From positions 1-64,000 of the forward strand of contig JBNKUM010000100.1 of NCBI GenBank assembly GCA_050298595.1: a DNA stretch of 64,000 nt. Reading direction: 5' to 3'. The stretch comes from Gammaproteobacteria bacterium (GTDB lineage Bacteria > Pseudomonadota > Gammaproteobacteria > GCA-001735895). The position numbers and the translations under genes were made by a program. Within the stretch, counting starts at the first letter, position 1, and each line of letters begins with the position of its first letter. The notes under the pieces are model-generated. The model saw only the letters and a program-made list of their open reading frames with translations. It ran no database searches and was not told where the DNA came from. Shown here in pieces: positions 60,001-64,000 of this stretch.

Positions 60001-62342
60001 TACACGATCATGACGCCAGTCTAATTCTGCAAAAAATAGTGCCAGTGTACCAAAGCGCCGGTGTCTTCAAATACTCACCATCAGCGCGTGGGCTGGCAGC
60101 AATTTACTGGGCCAACTGTCAAAATGGCGATCTACAGAAATCATGGCATCAGCGCGCCAGAAATGCAGCGCAGATGACGACCTTATTTTCAGATAATAAT
60201 GCCAAACATATTCTGAGTAATGAAATAGCCATAGATTTGTCACAGTTTGTTATCCAACACCAGCTACCTGATGATAAACGACTACTGAACAATGCCAGTG
60301 AATATCTAACTGATGAGTTATCACAGGAACGCGTCAGTTTCGCAACCACCAAATATGCACGCCAGCTATGCGATGAATTCATCACTCATTTAAAGACGCA
60401 TGATATTTGGCGTGATTATCAAAAAGCACTGGGTGATATGAAAGGACAGGTAGGTAAACGCTGGACTTTGGCACAAAGCTGGTTAAAAGCATATATACAG
60501 TCCCAGCAAAAACTTCAGTACAAAAGCTTTGTGGTAGAAGCCATTGGTATTTTAAACGCAGAACAAAGGATAGACCGCAGTGATCGTGAAAGCGATATTC
60601 AATTCACTATCGAAGGATTACTTGGTACGCATGAAAAGATAGAGAATCGTCAACTGACCATCCAGCTCGATGAATTTCTGGATAATAATCGTACACATCA
60701 CGAACATGTGATTCCTACTTACGAAAACTACCTGGAGAAACGTCACCAGATTATTAACCAAAAGAGACAGGAATTAAGGCTGGAAGAATTTAAGGCAAAA
60801 CCACTGTCATCTTTTGTCAGGAACAAACTCATCAATGAAGTTTATCTTCCGCTAATTGGCGACAACCTGGCGAAACAGATAGGTACGGTTGGCGATAAAA
60901 AGCGTACTGACTTAATGGGTCTGCTATTAATGATCTCCCCGCCAGGTTACGGTAAAACTACCTTAATGGAATACGTTGCCGACCGGCTCGGACTCATTTT
61001 CATGAAGATAAACTGTCCGGTCATAGGCCACTCAATTACCTCGATAGACCCACAACAGGCAGATAATAGTGCATCCCGACAGGAGCTGGAAAAACTAAAT
61101 CTGGCATTAGAAATGGGTAACAACGTGATGTTATATCTGGATGATATTCAACATACGAATAGCGAATTTCTGCAAAAATTTATTTCTCTAACAGATGGCA
61201 CAAGACGAATCGAAGGTGTCTGGAAAAACCAGCCCAGGACATACGACATGCGAGGTAAAAAGTTTTGTGTCGTCATGGCAGGCAACCCTTATACCGAATC
61301 GGGTGAGGCTTTTAAGATACCCGATATGCTCGCTAACCGGGCAGACATATACAACCTGGGTGATGTGCTCAGTGGCAAAGAAGAAGTGTTCGGGCTTAGC
61401 TATATCGAAAACTCATTAACCTCAAATCAAATACTGGCACCGCTCGCGACACGAGCAATGGATGACGTTTATAAATTCATCGACATGGTCAATGGTGTCA
61501 CTGTTGCGACTACCGATTTTTCGCATCAGTATTCTCAGGCAGAGATTAAGGAAATTGTTGATGTATTACAGAAAATGAAAACCATTCAGAGTGTAGTGTG
61601 GAAGGTGAACCAGGCCTACATAGCCTCTAGCGCACAGGATGATAAATACCGAACCGAACCCGTGTTTAAGCTACAGGGCTCGTATCGAAACATGAATAAA
61701 ATGGCGGAAAAGATATCATCGATCATGACCGAAGATGAGTTAATGCGCCTTGTTGATGATCACTATCAGGGCGAGTCTCAATTGCTCACTACTGGCACCG
61801 AAGCAAACCTGCTTAAGTTGGCTGAAATCAGAGGGAATATGACTGAAGCCCAACAGCAACGCTGGGCTCAAATCAAATCAGATTTCATGCGCAATAAAGC
61901 CATGGGTGGAGATGATGCAGATACCGGAGCCAAAATTGTGGTACAGCTTAATGATCTGGTTGGTGGTATTAATTCCTGGCGTGATAGCGTTGAAAAATCT
62001 CGTAGTGAAGAGAATGAAGAAAAGATTCGAGAGTTGGCTATTAGCAGAAAACAAAGTCATAAGTCATTATCAGATATTGCCAAAGCTATCAATCAACTGG
62101 TTGACAATATACACGCGGGCATTCAGGAAGAAAGCACGAATGACTCAGCAAAAACATTATCCGATAAACTGGCTGACGTACTTGAAAACACGCTTCAACC
62201 TTTAGTTCGAATTATGAATGGAAAGCTGGATTTAGATCTGGGTACACATAAAAATATGTCAGAGATAAATCGAAAATTAGATCTCATTGGTAAGCAATTC
62301 AAAGCCGAAACTTCAGCAAAAAAAACATCACAGACTAAGTAA
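57063..62342 (+). CDS. Large flotillin-associated AAA+ ATPase (often annotated DNA repair ATPase, DUF3686)
   Basis: 1759 aa; beta-rich N-terminus, coiled coil, Walker A SPPGYGKTT, Walker B MLYLDD, AGNPY and LANRAD. Confidence 0.88.
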   Translation: MTDQTEHTTISEQAVAEGGAYEVIRQRLSEQQHSLDSLVSDINNARQQEFGSTEMKVLGRMRLRTENNCQAKDLVVVGEYVLFGYNVHIGLRKETRIEDVLALFTLDEKEGEYDLRSVPVKDSFLADSRFKTDFEELYAYYKDTALSQLVLKNNRLLASFQIGEKLTDVRVFRWQVSTDGQQIDYIDNRGERDIQLPASHDFEWVECQRDDVVDGRNPHINILDTLFVDASRGDITIKVENNTNVGLGIYSEPVEEENQSLDDAEFYYADLNQIILLKIKPYREESYRYLVFNRNNQNVQRIDAIGNACLQLPEDHGIIFPGGYYLISGEMKTFDDNLENLVFKRSMRSPNGEDVLYVFYQPESNAIVLYGYNLIEKTLQNPLKGHGYGFYEDGRMIIFYADDEPNRVHPLQIWQTPYYSESHASAQPVSQSFYGKIGNAELVRGISELYSISKSMLLEDVSADHYHRLSQSCNQIFDTYYWLDSPELASIARLLRQIESTAELVIDEYEKVESIRAQSTKALTEAEATQLEIIRHIKPDSWHTPQEFVDGLFSIRQHRGHLMTIKSYRYIDADRIQQLDADIAAIEQELNQQTVAFLASEGALKSYYKVLETVAAERVKCRTNAELKPHVETLQKLAQSLDLISEMMATLKVDDATIHTRIVDAVSELYSRLNQQKAELEHQRKTMGSAEATAQFSARIKLLSQSIHNALGMSTTPTKSDEQFSRLLVQLEELEGEFGDYDDFIADIIKKREEIFETFEEHKQGLIDAQQRKAQSLADAGERILQSVQRRVKRFSTQDELNTFFSADSLVRKISDIIEKLKTLDDSVKAEDLDAKLKAIREQSIRALRDKSDLYEEGGQVIKLGPRHKFSVNTQELDLTILPKDDELFIRLTGTDYFEALDNTELNDMRSYWAMQTPSESAQLYRAEYLAYSILKAAENNQKDLNWQTLSSATVDLTQMVKLVVSYAAARYKEGYEKGIHDHDASLILQKIVPVYQSAGVFKYSPSARGLAAIYWANCQNGDLQKSWHQRARNAAQMTTLFSDNNAKHILSNEIAIDLSQFVIQHQLPDDKRLLNNASEYLTDELSQERVSFATTKYARQLCDEFITHLKTHDIWRDYQKALGDMKGQVGKRWTLAQSWLKAYIQSQQKLQYKSFVVEAIGILNAEQRIDRSDRESDIQFTIEGLLGTHEKIENRQLTIQLDEFLDNNRTHHEHVIPTYENYLEKRHQIINQKRQELRLEEFKAKPLSSFVRNKLINEVYLPLIGDNLAKQIGTVGDKKRTDLMGLLLMISPPGYGKTTLMEYVADRLGLIFMKINCPVIGHSITSIDPQQADNSASRQELEKLNLALEMGNNVMLYLDDIQHTNSEFLQKFISLTDGTRRIEGVWKNQPRTYDMRGKKFCVVMAGNPYTESGEAFKIPDMLANRADIYNLGDVLSGKEEVFGLSYIENSLTSNQILAPLATRAMDDVYKFIDMVNGVTVATTDFSHQYSQAEIKEIVDVLQKMKTIQSVVWKVNQAYIASSAQDDKYRTEPVFKLQGSYRNMNKMAEKISSIMTEDELMRLVDDHYQGESQLLTTGTEANLLKLAEIRGNMTEAQQQRWAQIKSDFMRNKAMGGDDADTGAKIVVQLNDLVGGINSWRDSVEKSRSEENEEKIRELAISRKQSHKSLSDIAKAINQLVDNIHAGIQEESTNDSAKTLSDKLADVLENTLQPLVRIMNGKLDLDLGTHKNMSEINRKLDLIGKQFKAETSAKKTSQTK

Positions 62343-62908
62343 AGCAGTAAGCTATGTCAGAGATTTGTATTAACCGGACAAATTAATATTCCGTCGATGA
62401 ATTAAAACTCATTATTGATGAAATAAATGCCTCCTGCCTCCAATCTGGTAAAAGATACAGCATCACTTTTTTCTTAGAATCGAGTCAGATAAACAATATC
62501 CGACACGGTTTATCCAAACCAGAAATATTTTTACGCTTATTTTTTAACTGAAGTATTGGCCGAATAATTAGAGTTTAACTTTATTCCAAATAGCAGGGGC
62601 AAAAATTGTCTTTTGGTTGATATGACTATGGGTGTCGTACGCTAAATAGCTAATATGATTTTTAAGTCAAAGCTGTTTTACTAATTATAAGAAGACTGCC
62701 AATTATCTAAATTTTATCTGCAAATATTATTCATCACAGGATATTTGTATTTAGGAAGCGTCTTGCCGGGTAATTTTATTTTAAAAACCTGAAGATATTC
62801 GAATTTACTTGTAAGTTCGGTTTTCAATATTTAATAAAACACCAGTAATTAAACCTTTCAACCTCCTAAAGGGAAGTGTAGAACTCAAAAGACAATCATG
62901 GAAACAAA

Positions 62909-64000
62909 ATGGACCTGATAAAAAACATAAAAGCAATAATCCTGTTCACGCTCATAGGATTAACATTAATCGCATGTGGCAGCAGCGCAGTAGATGAGGG
63001 TGGTGCCAGAGAAACAAGCGTAAGCTTTGATTACCAACTATCTTCCATCTACAGTGGGCAAGATCTAACAACAAGAGCCAGGTTATCTAATAAAGGAGTA
63101 AAAATATATACAGGTGATCTATTAGCAAAAAACATAACCTTGGGTGAAGAAGAGATTCATCCCTGGTCGGCATATATTGATGAGGATAGCTTCGCCGTTA
63201 CGTCAAATAAAACAATTACACTAAAGCCAGGAAGCTATGAGTTTGTATTGACCCTTGCAAACGGTAATAACCAATATGTCAGTGAAACAGTGTATGAGAT
63301 AAAAGACTTTGATCAGGTTAATATTCCATTTAACCTGAAACCCGTACTAGGAGATCTTGTTACTGATGTAAACATAGTAGCTGAGATACCCTCATTTAAA
63401 TTTGTATATGATGTAGGTGAGATGAGTGGTTACGATAGTCCAAAGATAGGCATTAAAATAGATGATGATAGTGAGAAATACTTTAACATCAATCCAGCAA
63501 CTGGACTAAGTGACGCCTATGTAAATATCCCCGCTGGGGATCATAATATTGCGCTAAACTTTTATGATGGAAATATCTATCGGGGAAGATCTTCAAAATA
63601 TCCATCACCCTTAACTATCATCCCAAAAGAGTATATAAATATAGACCTCGTACCGCTTTACGGAGAAGCAACGCTGGGATTTGATGTTGATGGTTCCTCA
63701 CTAAACCTGCTGGTAAATATACCGAGTCAGATAGTAACTGAAGCCCTGTCGTTATCAAACCTTCAAACAATCATTAGATATACAGGAGTCAATGGAAGTG
63801 GAGAGAAAGAAATTTCTGTAGTAGCTTATGGAAATGATTATCAGGGCAGCGCAACACTGGGAGATGTTAAATATGGAGACTTCTCTTTTAGTTTAGAATT
63901 TCGAGATATCACTGATAACAACGAAGTAATAGGAAGCTGTGATATAGATACATTTATAGTAGATCAAAATAATAAAACAGTCTTCTGCGATGTAACACTA
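62909..64000 (+). CDS. Lipoprotein, beta-rich, truncated by the window end
   Basis: ATG 62909 reads MDLIKNIKAIILFTLIGLTLIAC-GSS (lipobox LIAC); no stop seen where I translated it; absent from the ORF track, consistent with no stop inside the window. Confidence 0.8.
   Translation, partial: MDLIKNIKAIILFTLIGLTLIACGSSAVDEGGARETSVSFDYQLSSIYSGQDLTTRARLSNKGVKIYTGDLLAKNITLGEEEIHPWSAYIDEDSFAVTSNKTITLKPGSYEFVLTLANGNNQYVSETVYEIKDFDQVNIPFNLKPVLGDLVTDVNIVAEIPSFKFVYDVGEMSGYDSPKIGIKIDDDSEKYFNINPATGLSDAYVNIPAGDHNIALNFYDGNIYRGRSSKYPSPLTIIPKEYINIDLVPLYGEATLGFDVDGSSLNLLVNIPSQIVTEALSLSNLQTIIRYTGVNGSGEKEISVVAYGNDYQGSATLGDVKYGDFSFSLEFRDITDNNEVIGSCDIDTFIVDQNNKTVFCDVTL

Overview
A 64 kb bacterial chromosomal window, most likely from a gammaproteobacterium judging by gene content. 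No rRNA, tRNA, CRISPR array or intact transposase is visible. From left to right it holds: (1) an aldehyde dehydrogenase/TetR/peroxiredoxin-like unit with three operator copies; (2) a duplicated pair of TPR genes with variable 126-bp repeats, flanking a small gene that shares their Q/N-rich N-terminal motif, which is a candidate amyloid-type receptor/effector signalling module; (3) an ~18 kb sigma54-controlled molybdoenzyme island: moaA, an archease-like gene, FeS/NrfD/catalytic/TorD subunits of an Arr/Arx/Anr-related DMSO-reductase-family enzyme, several degenerate enzyme homologues, two Mrp ATPases, cytochromes and an AioXSR-like sensor trio; (4) housekeeping genes (PAS-GGDEF, pirin, gltBD, zwf, gnd, upp, uraA, paired PRTases, glgP); (5) a membrane-PilZ gene; (6) a YjfI-PspA-rhomboid-YqiJ-flotillin-AAA ATPase operon with a palindromic operator pair; and (7) a lipoprotein gene running off the right end. 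All family calls come from motif recognition by eye. No database search was run.
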